A stretch of 64,000 bases of DNA from Eledone cirrhosa (taxonomy: Eukaryota). Under the pieces are notes generated by a model, which was not told the DNA's origin, did no database searches, and worked only from the letters and a program-made list of their open reading frames with translations. The translations under genes and the position numbers were made by a program. This document shows, one piece after another, positions 1 to 13,774 of the stretch. The stretch covers positions 60,264,001 through 60,328,000 of the forward strand of contig OZ024741.1 of assembly GCA_964016885.1 (NCBI GenBank). The letters run 5' to 3'. The first letter of the stretch is position 1, and every line of letters begins with the position of its first letter.

Positions 1-1580
1 TTCCCGGTTTAATCACCGAAAACCTGACACTGCACACGTTGTACTGGATTATTGAAGAGCGACCTGATATGAACATACATACATACATATATACATACAT
101 ACTTGAACATACATATATACTTACATACATACATACCTCTGCATGTGTGTAGCTCGAATATGATTTTTAGGCCAGCAAGAACCCTACATTTTCTGGCACT
201 GATGTTACAGCTATGGACTTTGGCATCAGGAATCGGCAGCTGGTTTCCATATACTTTCATGTTTCCATATACTTTCATCCACTTCAAGCCTCCTGCAAAA
301 GCAGCAGACCTTACCTCAATGATGGCAGATTGTCATACCATACGCACCACTGTAATATACACCAGCCATTTTTGTATGGCTCCTTTTGTGACCCATTAAT
401 CCATCTTTGCTGAAGTAGAATTTCCTACGCTCGTTGAATGTCAGATCTCGGATCACCCTCACTTCCTGGCGGTTCAACATGCCAGCCCTTCTTCACATAC
501 CTATTAACCTTTCATAATTTCTTCGGGACGTTTCGAAATGTACTTTCTCTTCACATAGAGCTTCCCTCCATCGAGTTCGATCATTAGCAGCTTATTCCTA
601 CCCTCTATCGGAGATGCCAGCTTTCCACAAAATGTTTTGACACAGTCCACGAACATCATCTTAGGTTTATGAGGTAGACGTTTGCCTTTTCTATGCTCAC
701 CAGAAAGGAGTTGTTTGGGTAAATTAGAGTCCTCCATTATCACCAGATGACCTACCAATCGGAGACAGAGTTGCAAGGCAATCGACTCAATACGCTAAAA
801 GTGACTTCTTTCAAATACCTCAAAATCACTCACATACATACTCGAGTGTAGACCAAAGATTCGACAAAGGCATTGCTGATGAAAGTGCTCTAGCTGTTTT
901 AGATACGACCCGTAATTAACCCACGTCAAACAAGCTTACAGTGGAGATGATAATACACAAATCATGTAGAACTTAACTCTTTAGTATCACTGGAGATATT
1001 CCGCTGAAACCATAGTCACCTTTGTAACTTTCTGAAGGCATCACTAGCTTTGCTGATTCTTGAGGATATTTCATTGTTAACAGTGTATGGTATACTTAAT
1101 GTACTGCCAAGATAAACAAACTTCTCCACCACCCGGAGATTCTGATCAAACACTCTTATGTCTAGTTCTACGTATGGTGTTCCTGGTGAAGGCTGGTACA
1201 TGGCCATAATCGTTTTAAGTTGATTGATAAAGCAATTGTAAACAACGCATAGTTCATTAGGTGCTGCATATCTTCCCGCGTACGAACTAAATTATCGCAG
1301 TTATCTGCGTATGGAAATTCTCCAAACAGTAAGCACATGACCTTCGTATTGGCACCAAAGCGTCTTATTTTGAAAGGTTTCCCAGATGTATGACGTCTGA
1401 TGTATTTTCTATGTTGACAGTCTTGAAATACCATTAAAAATACCACTGGAAATAACTGGAACAGTGTTGGTGCTATTATGTTTCCCTGTTTGACACATTT
1501 TTACAGGAATAGATTCTGACACACTTCCACCAGACTTTCATGTCATCATGAACTTGATGCAAGATTTCCAAGAATTTTCC
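1..1580 (-). mobile_element. Decayed RTE-clade LINE, RT domain to C-terminal C2H2 zinc-finger region
   Basis: Broken frames: FPYADNCD (YADD), VVEKFVYLGSTLS, LPKQLLSGEHRKGKRLPHKPKMMFVDCVK, then finger-like KDGLMGHKRSH and C..KCRVLAGLK. Homologous to 44278-45370. Confidence 0.85.
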
Positions 1581-1957
1581 GGGCAACCAATATTTCTTTT
1601 TTCATAACATTGAAGTGAACTATAATTTATACTCATAGCTCAAGGTAAAATTGAGATATTATTAGAATATATAAGTTACCCAAGTATTGTGCAATATAGA
1701 TATATTCTTAGAACTCAGTCTGTTTCGACGTCACGTGTCCCTTTTATTTAATCTACAGAGCAGCCTGCTCGTGGCGTGAGGGAGACGGTTCTTGCTGCGG
1801 TTACGAAGGTTGTTCTCGGCAATACCTTCAATATATTGTTCACCATAGGAAGCAGCCAACACGGAAAGGATGCAGATATTGTCTCGCCACATTTTATATT
1901 CATTTATCTATTCATTCCCCTTTTATATTATCTCTGATTATTTGTATATATATATAT

Positions 1958-2048
1958 CTTCGATGAAGCTGGTTTGCCGAATCTTGCAGTGAAGACATGT
2001 CGCACATCCTCCATGCTCTTGCCAGAATGCAATCGATCATGTGTCCAT
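1958..2048 (-). mobile_element. ~90-bp fragment of Tc1/mariner transposase N-terminus between TA tracts
   Basis: Close copy of 4169-4259; reads WTHDRLHSGKSMEDVRHVFTARFGKPASSK. Confidence 0.7.
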
Positions 2049-2197
2049 ATATATAAACACAATGACATACGTAAACACACATGTTCTCTGGTGCAACACA
2101 AATATACACAAATTTGCATACCTTTTGATTTCTATAGATATAAACGTGCCGACACACACACATACATAAATGCACACATGCATTGCACACTGATGGG

Positions 2198-2363
2198 CAC
2201 ATACATATTTGTGCACAGGTATTCCAATACGGCAAGGCCTAATGAGTTCCCCTTGCAGTACGTACAATCTGGACACACTCCAGATACATATTTGTGCACG
2301 GGTATTCCAATACGGCAAGGCCTAATGGATCCCCCTTGCAGTACGTACAATCTGGACACACTC
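2198..2363. repeat. Tandem duplication, ~80-bp unit x2
   Basis: atacatatttgtgcacRggtattccaatacggcaaggcctaatg...cccttgcagtacgtacaatctggacacactc occurs twice. Confidence 0.85.
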
Positions 2364-2532
2364 ACACACACCTTGGTATTATGCCAATACTATATATCAT
2401 TTCACACCTTTCATTATTAAGGTTTTTGATGTTCAATTGAGAGAATCGATTTTACTGAAAATATCGAATAATGTACACCATTTTAACAGAAATAAAATAC
2501 TGATCCACCCACACACACACACACACACACAT

Positions 2533-2563
<31 letters not shown>

Positions 2564-2846
2564 TATGTATACACACATACACACGCGTACATTAACATAC
2601 AAAGAGACATATACACAGACACACACACACACACTTCTCCGTATAAGACAAGAGCTGAAAATATATATCTTTTAACATGTTAAAATATCCCCCACACACT
2701 TACAGACACACTAACATACAAAGAGACATACACACTTCTCCGTATAAGACAAGAGCTGAAAAAATATCTTTTAAAATGTTAAAATATCCCCCACACACTT
2801 ACAGACACATTCCTACTGACCATCCCTCTACCACGAATTACTCTGC

Positions 2847-2926
<80 letters not shown>

Positions 2927-3423
2927 TCTTAATAAGCATTTGAACTGTCAACAGGCAGCGGTTCGCACACACATCCCTGCTGACCATTATCACAACGAAC
3001 CTCTTTACTACTACTACACACACACACATATTTGTTGTGAAAGACTTATCTCTCAGTCAGCCGACACAAACCTACATTTGGCGCAAAATCAATTTTTTAC
3101 ATTCACATGACCTCTACCGACCAATCAAAATTGTTTTGCCCACAAGAATTTTTGCGACACGAATTGGCGCAAAACTTATTTTAATACCGCTGGAGCCACT
3201 TTTTTAACATAAAAACATGTAGAATTCCCAAAACTAATGAGATCAGAGCAAACATCACGGACGCTCTATCTCAAAATTATTTTTGAAAAGCATTAGAAAT
3301 GCGCAACCGGTAAAATTTAAAACCAAAACTTAATACTAACCAATACTATTACTAATTATCACTTATTCCTAATTAAACTATTTTTCACTGTGAACAATTT
3401 GTCAGCATTTTCTATTCCGTTTA

Positions 3424-3473
<50 letters not shown>

Positions 3474-3478
3474 ACATA

Positions 3479-3630
3479 GACGCATGCGTAGTTGTGTTTC
3501 TAAGAAATTCGCTTTCCAACCACCTGTTTCCGAGTTCAATCCTGCTGCGTGTCTTCTATTATATCCTCAGATAAGCCAAAGCTGTGTGAGTTGAATGAAC
3601 TTGATAGGCAGAAACTGCAGACGCCCGTCG
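3479..3630 (+). mobile_element. Degenerate tRNA-derived SINE (octopod-like); similar remnants near 8630, 17280, 23620(-), 33200(-), 38505, 42030
   Basis: B-box-like gagttcaatcc followed by gtgtcttctatta...gaaactg..gcccgtcg body. Confidence 0.55.
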
Positions 3631-4089
3631 TATGTTTGTGCGTGTCAGTGTTTATGATCTGTAGTCTAGCGGTTCGACAACAAAAGAGATCGATAAAATA
3701 AGTTAGGTCGATATCTATATAGTACTAACATTCTGTGATTGCTTGCTTGCTTGTCTGTAATGTAATACAGCCAAAAGCACAAATGTATAAATATACATAC
3801 ACGCACGTATATATGTGGGCCTTCCAGTTTCATTTCACATTATATACATATGTGTATATTTTAATTGTTTAAAAATTATTTTTAAGTGAACATGATATAA
3901 AAATATATTTTGAAGTGAACGTGACGCAACGGTCCACCGGTGGTCTAGTAATTTAGTAAACTTAAGGTGGGATCCCTGCATGACTGCAATCTAATGACTG
4001 AAACCATTACACAAGTGTATAATACTAAATAGCAATTGCTGTACGTGTATTAGCATGGCTTTCTGACTTCAACAAATGTAATTATTATA

Positions 4090-5065
4090 CAGGGCGGTCC
4101 GAAGTCTTGTCACCTCCTACCAAACAGTAATGATAAACAGTTTATGTTCCCATCGCCGTATCGTTCTCTTCAAAGAAGCTGGTTTGTCGAATCTTGCGGT
4201 GAAGTCATATCGCACATCCTCCATGCTCTTGCCAGAATGCAATCGATCATGTGTCCATACATTTGCGAGCAGCCTCTCTTCCAAACTGTAGGAGCTCTGA
4301 AGTGGAAAATGATATTATTATTACTATTATTATATATCATAAATAAGGATACTAGCAGAAAATCCACCCTAAGGGTGGTTTTCTGCTAGCATGTGTATTG
4401 ATATTATTGATATTATACGCAGGTATATATACATGTAGATATGATACATCAAATAAAATCGTAATTGACAATATATAATACATAGAAATTGAACGAAGAC
4501 TGCGTTACACTGTCTTATTTAATCAGTAAAGTAATCCATGATACATTAAAATTAGTGAGAGAAAATTAGTATGTGTATTTAAGCGATCGCCAATCGGAAG
4601 TGTTGACATTTAAGAAATTTTAAAGAAGTGAATCTTTAAATAAACAAAATATATTTAATCAACAGCCACAAAATTTAGTAGATAAATTATGTAATATTCA
4701 TTCATTATTTATTCAAAGTAATCCAACTTATGAGATAAACTAATGAGATAAAAAATGATAAACCGTACGCAGTCCCGCGCTCCTTACTTTATTATAGTTT
4801 AGATTATATATTATATTATTAAATCAAAAAATAATTGTTTCTACTTTTGGCACAAGGCCAGCAATTAACCCAGTGTATTACTGGTACTTTATTTTATCGA
4901 CCCCGTAAGGATGAAAAGCAAAGTCAACCTCGGTGGGATTTGAACTCAGATCGTAAAGGGACGTAACTGTGCTGGAAAGCATGGCGTCCGACCCTCTACC
5001 GATACTGCCAATCCAAGGTTAAAACAATATGTGACAAGGGGTGACAAAACTTTCGGACCACCATG
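4090..5065 (-). mobile_element. Internally deleted Tc1/mariner DNA transposon with nested SINE
   Basis: TIRs cagggcggtccgaagtcttgtcacctcct / aaggggtgacaaaactttcggaccaccatg, TA on both sides (4088-89, 5066-67). HTH-like peptide SMEDVRYDFTARFDKPASLKRTIRRWEHKLF on the minus strand. Confidence 0.8.
4833..5014 (-). mobile_element. tRNA-derived SINE (abundant family)
   Basis: A box tggcagtatcgg, B box gagttcaaatccc, body gttgactttgc.tttcatccttacggggtcgataaaataaagtaccag; same family as 31057, 35672, 46600, 62163. Confidence 0.9.
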
Positions 5066-5867
5066 TACTTAAGTATTACAATAAATAACTCTAAAAAAAA
5101 TTTGCCTTTTTAATTATAAGTGATTAGCTATATTGTGTGCTCCTATGTAATAGTCAATGGAGTATCAATAAGAAGAAAGTGTTTGAATCATATACCTGTA
5201 AGGGATGGAGTGCTGGCCTGTTTTAATTATCTTTCTGTTTATATCCCATTTTTTTAAAATTAAGCTAGAGGTCACCATTTTGTAAAGTATAAACGTCATT
5301 TATTGTCTAAAAAACAGTAAAGACTGAATATATCGGTATGATTTCGTATCATTTGCATGTAAATATGTAGTTGTCCCTGTTTATACGTTTGTATATATTT
5401 ATTTCGGAATACGAGCTCACACATATACCAGCAGAAAAGCCCGCAGTGATCGGTGATTCGACTCGAACAAACATATATTCCCGGAAAATAATCTCAACGT
5501 CTCCCACCACTACATGCACACACATATATTATCTGAGAACCGCTTGGAGGCTGGTATATCTGCCAGTATATGAACAAAAAAACAACTCAATCTGAAAATG
5601 TGAATCAATATGTTTTCGTTTATTCTATTGGAAAGGAAAACAAAGAAAATAATATTTGGGCATCTGATTTCTAATCTGTTAGAAAATAGGGTGTCACGTC
5701 TATTGAAATGAAAACAATATTAATGGAGAAGAAAATTTATGGTTTCAATCTTACCTTGGAATATATGAGCGACGAATAGCAGACTGCGCCAAAACGCACA
5801 CTAGTAAATCACTGACGTTTGAAAATAATACTAAAAACCGACATCTACTGTTGTTGTGTTGGCAGAA

Positions 5868-5953
<86 letters not shown>

Positions 5954-5964
5954 GTATATATATA

Positions 5965-6031
<67 letters not shown>

Positions 6032-6053
6032 CTATAATATAAAATATGTACAC

Positions 6054-6084
<31 letters not shown>

Positions 6085-6170
6085 CATATATATGTATATA
6101 GATATATATGTGCATATATATATATTTATATATATATATATATATATATACAAATATATATATTCATGTA

Positions 6171-6268
<98 letters not shown>

Positions 6269-6474
6269 TATATACATACACATATATACATATGTATTAT
6301 ATATATATACAAGGGTGAACAGCAATTGACTTCTTTACATAGAAAAATATCATGACTTTTCTGTCTCTACCAAGTAAATGATCGACTTTAAAAACAACCA
6401 AACAATAACATATAGATTTAAGATTTACTATCTAAATACAATGTTTTAAAATTCTAACATAGAGTGTGTCTTAA

Positions 6475-6619
<145 letters not shown>

Positions 6620-6642
6620 CTCCAGTATATTTATCATAAACT

Positions 6643-6686
<44 letters not shown>

Positions 6687-6696
6687 GGTGTGTCTG

Positions 6697-6814
<118 letters not shown>

Positions 6815-6823
6815 ACCAGTAAG

Positions 6824-6917
6824 ACCCCGACAGCTGAGCTCAAGCCGTTTCGACGGCTAATTCTGGACTAAATGAAAATTTATCCTGGTATTTAAATAGC
6901 CGATCTTCTCAAGGGGT
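6824..6917 (-). ncRNA. Type I hammerhead ribozyme, U3-A8 variant (family A)
   Basis: ACCCC-UUGAGAA-GAUCGGCUA..UAGCCGUC-GAAA-CGGC-UUGAGCUCA-GCUG-UC|GGGGU. Confidence 0.75.
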
Positions 6918-8234
6918 GATTCCATATATGGTCAAAGTGATTGTCAAAAATCAGTAGTAATTCTGTGGTTGCAAATTAGTAGGGGAGGTGGTGGCTAAAC
7001 CTGCCAGTAGGAGAAAGAGGGGAGGGGGTGGAGTAGACCCAATCAAGCGTTGGTAGTGCCAGCTACAGCTGGGCATGAGGTCAAAGAAGATACAGGGGAG
7101 GGGGAGGGGGAGGAAGTCGGAACGGTAGGTAGAACAATGGGGGGTAGAAATATATAGGAAAGAAAAAATACTGAGAGTGAAGAAAAGCAAATAAGTGTAA
7201 AGAAAAAAGTAAAGTAAATTAAATTCTACGACCTAGGTCTCTAGCTATTGTTAGGCTAGAATAAATAAATAAAGAAAGAAAGAAGTAAAGAAAGAAATAA
7301 AGAAATAACGAAATAAGTAAAAGAACTAGGTGGGACGAAATATGCAAGGACCCTTTTAAGAGGTATAAGTACGTAAATGATACGGTGACGGGTCAACAAA
7401 AGGGGCCAAAATACTAAAGAGACTACCACGAAATAAACAATAAAGGTTTCCATCCCGGGTACAATGCCAGCAACCACCCAGTGCAGCAAAGTGAACTAGT
7501 ACGAGATAATAATTCTGAGTCCCGAGAAAAATATATACTAATGCTAACTCTAAAAGATCTAAAACAAGCTACATGAAAGTTCGTACGAAGCAAAGGTAGA
7601 ATACGGAAAAATAAATTCAGAATCCACCCCGCCCCAAAGAAAAGCGAAGAAAGAAATACTGAAACGAAAAAATAAGGCATAAGTGCCACTAAGAAATATA
7701 GAGGGCACAGAGAATAGTGGGAGCGGTCGGAAAAAGGGGACAAGTATCCGGGGTCTAAACCAACTGCTATAAAGGGCGGAGTCCGCCAAATCTATCATAG
7801 ACTAGGGGAGGGGGTGGGGGTACATAGGCTACAAGGGGCCAAAGGGCAGCCTCGGGTGGGCGAGAAAAGACGCCGACAAAGGAGAAGAGCTGGGGTAGAA
7901 GGACTAAGGAGAGAGGGGGGAAGGAAATAAAGGAAGCGATAAAAGAATACAAAGAAGATCTTACGTCTCCCTTGGCAAGCAGGGGTTACCCATTGCAAAA
8001 TCGGCAAGTGGGGTGTTATAGCCCTAGTCTACCCCCCCCCCCCCGGGTCATTATGGGGTTTGAGGGCGAGGTAAGTCCTACGCAATCTATGTTTACATGC
8101 AGTAACCAGTTCATCTTTCTTGTTTAGGAGTTGGTCCGTCGAAAACAGCATTTGTAAAGTTTCCTCCGAGCATAAATTGCACGGACGGCGTCCTCCCGTG
8201 TAAGAATTGGCTCTGGACAGTAATCTCCAGAATT

Positions 8235-8328
8235 ACCCCTTGAGAAGATCGGCTATTTAAATACCAGGATAAATGTTCATTTAGTCCAGAATTAGCCGTC
8301 GAAACGGCTTGAGCTCAGCTGTCGGGGT
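8235..8328 (+). ncRNA. Type I hammerhead ribozyme, U3-A8 variant (inverted copy, family A)
   Basis: Same fold as 6824-6917; GUC cleavage triplet at 8321-8323. Confidence 0.75.
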
Positions 8329-8419
8329 CTTACTGGTTCCTATTACCCACTCTACTACCTCAAGTATTGACTACTTTGGTGCGTTATGGTCCACCTGGTT
8401 CCTTACCACATTTCCTTCG

Positions 8420-8486
<67 letters not shown>

Positions 8487-9255
8487 TATATATAATTATA
8501 CCACATAGAAAACATACCACCACATGAATATAACACCCATATAGAAAATATATAATACATAAATACACCTCCCATATAGTAAACGTAGTCCACATATATA
8601 TATTTCCTGCATAGATATCATTGTGGAAAGAGAGTGGCCGAATGACTGACGAGTTCTCTTCGCAAACCTTCAGTACAGGGTTTTATCCGACTGTGTGGTA
8701 CCTTGGACAAATATTATTTAACATAGCATCGGGTTACGCTGCATTTTCGTGAGGATTACGTTCTGGGGACAGACGTCCCAATATTGGTCAGTCATTTAAA
8801 CATTAATTTCATAGCAGGCTGTTCCGTGTCTCAAACAACTGTAAGCCTCGGCATGCATAGTGAGTAGGTTCCATTGATCTACCTCATCGAAATAGAATTA
8901 ATATAAACCACTTCACTTTTATATTATCATAAAACTGTGTCTGAAATTCGAAATGAATATTGGAAATGTCTAGACAATGATAGCTATCTCTTACATTTAA
9001 TTTATTGTTTGATATTTGAAATGTCAATAAAAGTTTCAAGAATCGCATCCAACTACAATAAATGTTTCTCGTTGTAATGTTCATTATAAACTGGCTGACA
9101 ATTTTCTGGGATGATTTTGATAATAGAAGGGTTTACGATACATTTCAATTGTGTGTGTGTCTATCTGTCTATTTATCTATCTATCTATCTTTGGTACAGT
9201 TATATACATATATATAATAAACAAGAAAGATGGTCTCATTTGTACATATCTATTT

Positions 9256-9330
9256 ATTTTGTTTTTACGTATTTCAAAGACGTAAGGCAGTTCTATAACA
9301 CTGTTCTACGTGTTCTCTTCAGACAAAAAT
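9256..9330 (-). ncRNA. Degenerate hammerhead
   Basis: UUUUGU-CUGAAGA-long stem II (ACGUA/UACGU, CAGU/ACUG)-GAAA-UACGUA..ACAAAA; cleavage-site region disrupted. Confidence 0.45.
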
Positions 9331-9430
9331 CCATTGATATGTTACCGGTCATACGTGTCTTCACCGACCAGTAAGCATATGTCCGAAATTCTCAAGTAGC
9401 AGTTCTCATATGTCTGGGATATATATATAT

Positions 9431-9580
9431 AACGAAGGAAGTGTGGTAAGGAACCAGATGGACCATAACGCACCAGAGTACTCAATACTTAGTGTACTAG
9501 AGTGGGTAATAGGAAAATGTTTAACCCCGACAGCAGAGCTCAAGCCGTTTCGACGGCTATTTCTGGACTATTTCTGGACA
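9431..9580 (-). mobile_element. Family A PLE terminus (tail plus half hammerhead) in TA repeat
   Basis: Homologous to reverse complement of 8283-8421. Confidence 0.85.
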
Positions 9581-9586
9581 ATATAT

Positions 9587-9682
<96 letters not shown>

Positions 9683-9919
9683 TTTACGTATCGAGAAAAG
9701 AGAAAAAAAGGGGGGATAGGTGATACATTTAGTTATTTGCCAAGTAGCGTATGCCAAAGGTGCTCGATACTAGTGCCGGCAGTATTAAATATTCGAAGTG
9801 TTAATATTTAGTGGGCTAGAGAGTTAGCAGAGCGTAAGCACGTGGGAAAGTAAAATATCGGAGAATAGACCGTTACAACACGTTTAGATGGAACCACCCG
9901 TAGCAAAAGTACAAGGACA

Positions 9920-10852
9920 CGTAATCGCCACCGTAACGTCCTATGGTCCCCCCCCCCCTACTCTCGGGGTGTGGCCTCCAACATACCCCGGATGTTCTTC
10001 GAAGCCTTAGAGAAGAACTTCCCGCCCAACCATAGGTATAGAAAAATTCTTAATAGGAACAATATAAAAATATCCTTCTCTACTACCCCTAACCCACCAG
10101 ACATTATAGGAACAACGAACCACAGTAATATCACCAAGACACAGCACCTCGACACAGACGCACCTACACTTGACAATAACTATATCGGCCTTAACAACTC
10201 CCTGGCAGCATCCAATAGTGTTGGCAACGGCATCCGCAGACGCAACCAGAATAACCGCGAAATGAGTGGGGAACATGCAGAACATGACGTGCGGAATAAC
10301 AATCGCATCACCCCGCGTGCTGTGGGTTGTAATGGTGCTAAGGACAGCTGCGGTAGCGTAGGTAACAACGTAGGCAGCAACAATGATAGCCTTACCGTGG
10401 GAAATAGACGCAAGCGCGACAGAAATTGCAACTGCCACGACAGAGGACGCTGCCCCCTTAGAGGATACTGCTTGACTGATAGGCTTATATATAGATGCAC
10501 TATTACTAGCCACAATAGCGTTAAACATTATATAGGGGCTACCTCCGGCCCGTTCAAAATTAGGTTTCGAACACATCACTCTTTCACAAATAGAAAACTA
10601 AGGCACTCCACTTCGCTCGCGGACTACATCACATCACTAAAGGACTTAAACATCAGCTTCTCCACGCACTAGGAGATTGTCGGCAGGGCTGCACCGTACA
10701 ACTTCAAGAGGAAATGTGATCTTTGCCTCATGGAGCTCTATCACATCATAACTGCACTCCACGAGCTCATCAACAGCAGAGCTGAAACAGCGATAAGTTG
10801 TACACATCGCTTAAAAATATCCTTCTTCAGATGGGTTAAGGATGACGAGTGA
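9920..10852 (+). pseudogene. PLE linker plus GIY-YIG endonuclease, one in-frame TAG at 10670
   Basis: RNVLWSPPPYS..NIPRMFF..NFPPNH..ILNRNNIKISFS; CNCHDRGRC (CxCx5C); LIY..HYIGAT..FKIRF; past the stop *EIVGRAAPYNFKRKCDLCLME..LINSRAE..CTHR. Confidence 0.9.
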
Positions 10853-11111
10853 AACAGTACACTGGACCTCCCTGCAACAAGTCTTAACACCCAGGAAACA
10901 ATCCTTGCATACCAGACCCAACATAAGACAAACGGATGCGGCAAAAAAAAAAAAATTGTGCAGGAAAGACTGCCCTAACACCGGCCAGAGTTACCTCCCT
11001 TGACCTGCTGCAAAATCAAAACAAGAAATTTTTGCGAGCAATGAACCTTGATGTGGATTTAACCCCCAAAACTCTTTCCGAGTAATATAAGGAACACTTG
11101 TGATTATTTAT

Positions 11112-11151
11112 GCCCTTGAGAAGCCCAACTGGGCGAAACGTACGTAGGTGC
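11112..11151 (+). ncRNA. Minimal type I hammerhead, U3-A8 variant
   Basis: GCCC-UUGAGAA-GCCC AACU GGGC-GAAA-CGUACG-UA|GG(U)GC; palindromic stem III ACGUACGU. Confidence 0.75.
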
Positions 11152-11205
11152 TGTTTTAAATAAACATGTTGTAACGGTCTATTCTCCGATTTTTTACTTT
11201 CCCAC

Positions 11206-11238
<33 letters not shown>

Positions 11239-12003
11239 TAATTTAATATATTAACTAACATAAGCGCACAGATGTACGCTAATGCCAGCAAATACACAGG
11301 TTATGTCATAGTACCTAGGTGGTTCAATGCAGGAGGATGCAGAACAATAATATAAAAGACGTAAAATAAGAAAATTTAAAAAAATTAGGTTCTGCAATGG
11401 GATAAAGACAGTTACGTAATGAACTGTTGAGAATTCCATTGCGTCATCATGGAGGTCTATTCTCAGCCAAGTCTCCAGGCAATGCGCGGACACTGGGGAC
11501 TCATATAAAAATAATAATAATTCGGTAAATGGAACAGCTATGCAGAACAATAATATAAAATGGAACAGCTATGCAGAACAATAATATAAAAGACTTTAAT
11601 ATTATTGTTCTGCATCCTCCTGCATTGAACCACCTAGGTACTATGACATAACCTGTGTATTTGCTGGCATTAGCGTACATCTGTGTGCTTATGTTAGTTG
11701 ATATATTAAATTATCTATATTTATCTCCAAATCTCTGATTTGTCGAGCAAACCTGCCAAAACCACTACTAAATGTTTTTTGGGGGTGTTAGTAGGCGTCT
11801 GTCATCTTACCATCCCATTCCTAATGACTAGCCTCTGTGTCACGTGATTGATTCTTTAGAATCGGCCATTTGACCAGTGGCAGTGAGAATTGTCAGTGCC
11901 TGGAATCCAGTCCTCGATAGCTGTTCCATTTACCGAATTATTATTATTTTTATATGAGTCCCCAGTGTCCGCGCATTGCCTGGAGACTTGGCTGAGAATA
12001 GAC

Positions 12004-12083
12004 CTCCCTGATGACGCAATGAAATTCTCAACAGTTCATTACGTAACTGTCTTTATCCCATTGCAGAACCTAATTAGTTGGAG
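12004..12083 (+). ncRNA. Hammerhead of unit 1 (A15.1->C)
   Basis: CUCC-CUGAUGA-CGCAAUG..CAUUGCA-GAAC-CUAAUUAG-UU|GGAG. Confidence 0.65.
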
Positions 12084-12555
12084 TGAAAATTTAAGTAAGT
12101 AAGTTAATTTAAAAAATTTTTTTTTTTTAATTTTCTTATTTTACGTCTTTTATATTATTGTTCTGCATCCTCCTGCATTGAACCACCTAGGTACTATGAC
12201 ATAACCTGTGTATTTGCTGGCATTAGCGTACATCTGTGCGCTTATGTTAGTTGATATATTAAATTATCTATATTTATCTCCAAATCACTGATTTGTCGAG
12301 CAAACCTGCCAAAACCACTACTAAATTTGTTTGGGGGTGTTAGTAGGCGTCTGTCATCTTACCATCCCATTCCTAATGACTAGCCTCTGTGTCACGTGAT
12401 TGATTCTTTAGAATCGGCCATTTGACCAGTGGCAGTGAGAATTTTCAGTGCCTGGAATGCAGTCCTCGATAGCTGTTCCATTTACCGAATTATTATAATT
12501 TTTATATGAGTCCCCAGTGTCCGCGCATTTCCTGGAGACTTGGCTGAGAATAGAC

Positions 12556-12635
12556 CTCCCTGATGACGCAATGAAATTCTCAACAGTCCATTACGTAACT
12601 GTCTTTATCCCATTGCAGAAACTAATTAGTTGGAG
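12556..12635 (+). ncRNA. Hammerhead of unit 2 (intact core)
   Basis: CUCC-CUGAUGA-CGCAAUG..CAUUGCA-GAAA-CUAAUUAG-UU|GGAG; stem III ACUAAUUAGU is a perfect palindrome. Confidence 0.8.
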
Positions 12636-12702
12636 TGAAAATTTAAGTAAGTAAGTTAATTTTTTTTAATTTTTTAAAAAAATTTTCTTATTTTACGTCT
12701 TT

Positions 12703-12839
<137 letters not shown>

Positions 12840-13774
12840 TGGAGTAGTAATCAGTCTCCGATATTTGATTTTGTGTAATTTGAAATTGTGGACTGTCAAC
12901 ATACAGTGGTTTTTTATTCAACATATGAATCTCTTTTCGTCGTGGTGATTAACCACAGGTACAATGAAGGTGATTCTTGAAGTATATATATATAGAAATA
13001 AATAAATTACATGAATACATTAATTTCGCAATTGAAGGACCAACATTTATTACGTAACTCACGTGTGTTTCGATAATATACAAGTGAGCACAACCGATGT
13101 TTAATTTCGGAGGATTCGAAAATCCAATACCTGCATCAACTCTTTACATATAAGCTTATCGAAGTCTAACAATGTTTTTTATTCACACAAGGAAATGTTT
13201 AAATATAGAGAGAATGCGTGTCGCTAAGGAGAAACGTAGATTATATAAAGTTATAAAATAGTCGAAATATCACCAATTATACTGAGAGACGGAGAGATCT
13301 ACCATTGACCTACATTGATGATAAACACCGGCTTATCTTTAAAATTGATATAATAAACCCTACGACACTACTTACATGTCAACCTTATACTTCTGCTTCA
13401 TGTCAGCTAGTTTTACACGCCGAAATCTTAGATACACTATACCCCCCACCTAATGTAATGTCAGGGTCTCCTCAAATAATTTATTACTAGCATTGTTGTA
13501 ACTGTTCTAACTGAATGCCATTACTACTTCATATAGTAGCCTGTATATTCCTTTCATGCCTGTATATCCTCTTCATTCTCGCATGCTCCGAAGAACAGAC
13601 TGGTTATAATTTTGTATTGACGATCGAGTAACGGGAAAACAAGCGAATAGCGATCTCTAGACCTACCAGTTCAGAGAAACAATTGTCAGCAATGAGATTA
13701 AAAACCTTTTTTGTATAGCAAACCATGTAAATCTTCTTTCCTGATTTATATATATATATATATGTATATATATA

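Larger units (their letters stand above)
9680..11207 (+). mobile_element. 5'-truncated Penelope-like element (Hydra-clade-like) with inverted terminal arm, in (TA)n
   Basis: GIY-YIG ORF remnant, 3' hammerhead, inverted repeat 9840-9886 / 11161-11207, (TA)n on both sides. Confidence 0.9.

Noticed and set aside
2198-2810. CRISPR-like or other repeat-spacer array
   Set aside because: Only two-copy local duplications in eukaryotic DNA; no spacers or cas genes.
5425-5868. Possible minus-strand exons (donor AAG|gtaag at ~5755, acceptor near 5592)
   Set aside because: Stops in all frames and no recognisable product; cannot be supported without transcripts.
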